Positions 63,571 through 64,000 of a DNA stretch of 64,000 nt are shown here, in pieces. How positions within the stretch are numbered: the first letter of the stretch is position 1; each line of letters begins with the position of its first letter. The notes under the pieces are model-generated. The model searched no databases. It worked only from the letters and a program-made list of their open reading frames with translations, and was not told the origin of the DNA. The stretch comes from Acutalibacteraceae bacterium. Lineage in GTDB: Bacteria; Bacillota; Clostridia; Oscillospirales; Acutalibacteraceae. The stretch covers positions 101-64,100 of the forward strand of contig JAZNOY010000042.1 in assembly GCA_045589375.1 (NCBI GenBank), given 5' to 3'. The position numbers and the translations under genes are program-made.

Positions 63571-64000
63571 ACAAGAAGCAGGCAAACATAATAGGTATTG
63601 TTATTATCGCCATCGCGTGAGAAATGAGCGCCATACCTGCGCCCGGCGTCGTATCCCCTCCGTAAGCCGCGGGGAAAACAACGGTATTGAGGCCAAGCGG
63701 CATTGCCGTTGCACATAACGCCACTCTTATAATCGCAGCCTCGGCATTAACAAGCCTTAATGCCAGCATAAATAAAAGCGGTATTATAATAAGCCTTATA
63801 ATAGATGCCAAATATACCTTCTTCATTTTCGCAAGCTGCCTAAGGCTGTAATTTCCCACAATAAAGCCTGTAAGAAGCATTGCAAGCGGAGACATGCACG
63901 CTCCTGCAGATGCCGCGGCATTAGATATAAAGGTCGGTATTTTAAACTCCAAAAGTCCACACGCACCGCCTAAAATCATACCGATAAAAATGGGGTTTAC
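63569..64000 (-). CDS. AEC (auxin efflux carrier) family transporter, C-terminal part (5' end beyond window)
   Basis: The frame stays open from 63979 to nt 64000. The C-terminal half is hydrophobic and ends ...ITIPIMFACFL, consistent with an AEC permease. Confidence 0.7.
   Translation of the reverse strand, partial: VNPIFIGMILGGACGLLEFKIPTFISNAAASAGACMSPLAMLLTGFIVGNYSLRQLAKMKKVYLASIIRLIIIPLLFMLALRLVNAEAAIIRVALCATAMPLGLNTVVFPAAYGGDTTPGAGMALISHAMAIITIPIMFACFL

Noticed and set aside
63374-63718. 114-aa plus-strand and 72-aa minus-strand ORFs at the right end
   Set aside because: They span a promoter region, a bidirectional terminator and the antisense of the AEC transporter gene. No RBS or motif supports them.
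1-64000. CRISPR arrays, rRNA genes, transposases, integrases, phage or plasmid genes, toxin-antitoxin pairs of known type
   Set aside because: No regularly spaced direct repeats are present, and no ORF has recombinase, transposase or phage structural motifs. The only repeats found are the two ~100-nt cassette copies and short inverted repeats. Base composition was not computed, so a compositional island cannot be excluded.

Overview
This is a 64-kb chromosomal segment from an anaerobic Firmicute, probably Clostridia. That call rests on T-box and PyrR attenuators, an electron-bifurcating [FeFe]-hydrogenase operon and consensus sigma-A promoters. I support about 60 protein genes and 3 tRNAs (Arg-CCT, Tyr-GTA, Thr-TGT). 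I saw no rRNA, CRISPR array, transposase, integrase or phage genes.

Layout from left to right:
- apgM (partial) and a hemolysin-III gene.
- An AraC-controlled cassette of two xylose-isomerase-like TIM-barrel genes and two Gfo/Idh/MocA oxidoreductase genes.
- An AI-2E transporter, then proBAC.
- A DJ-1/PfpI gene, a long PMI-like cupin, and AraC and Lrp regulators.
- A YpsA-like SLOG gene, a membrane XRE regulator and a YabE-like wall protein.
- pyrR-pyrP with a PyrR attenuator, then GtrA and tRNA-Arg.
- asnS-asnA behind a T-box leader.
- A fused MacB-type ABC transporter and a hypothetical protein.
- An SGNH hydrolase and a GH2 beta-mannosidase-like gene, each preceded by the same ~100-nt palindrome-rich element.
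- tRNA-Tyr and tRNA-Thr.
- A sugar ABC importer plus malQ.
- A ten-gene hydABC hydrogenase operon with an embedded sensory-hydrogenase, kinase, DRTGG and PHP module.
- pepP, pepD, an acyltransferase, an AraC regulator and nahK.
- At 50.6-63.4 kb, the most unusual locus in the window.

That last locus is an 11-gene, translationally coupled operon. It joins a RiPP-style HPr-kinase-like / PqqD / NTP_transf_5 module to three GT2 glycosyltransferases, a pyruvyl transferase with its FrhB-like partner, DUF1919, two paralogous QueC-like PP-loop proteins and an MsbA-type exporter. It has no canonical polysaccharide (priming GT, Wzx, Wzy) genes and no canonical lasso (cyclase, B2 protease, precursor) genes.

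A second candidate novelty is a self-contained ~200-nt minus-strand unit at 27.3-27.5 kb. It has its own promoter, a 22-bp end-to-end helix, a 25-codon ORF and a UUCG-capped terminator.

All functional calls come from reading motifs by eye. No database search or folding computation was run.
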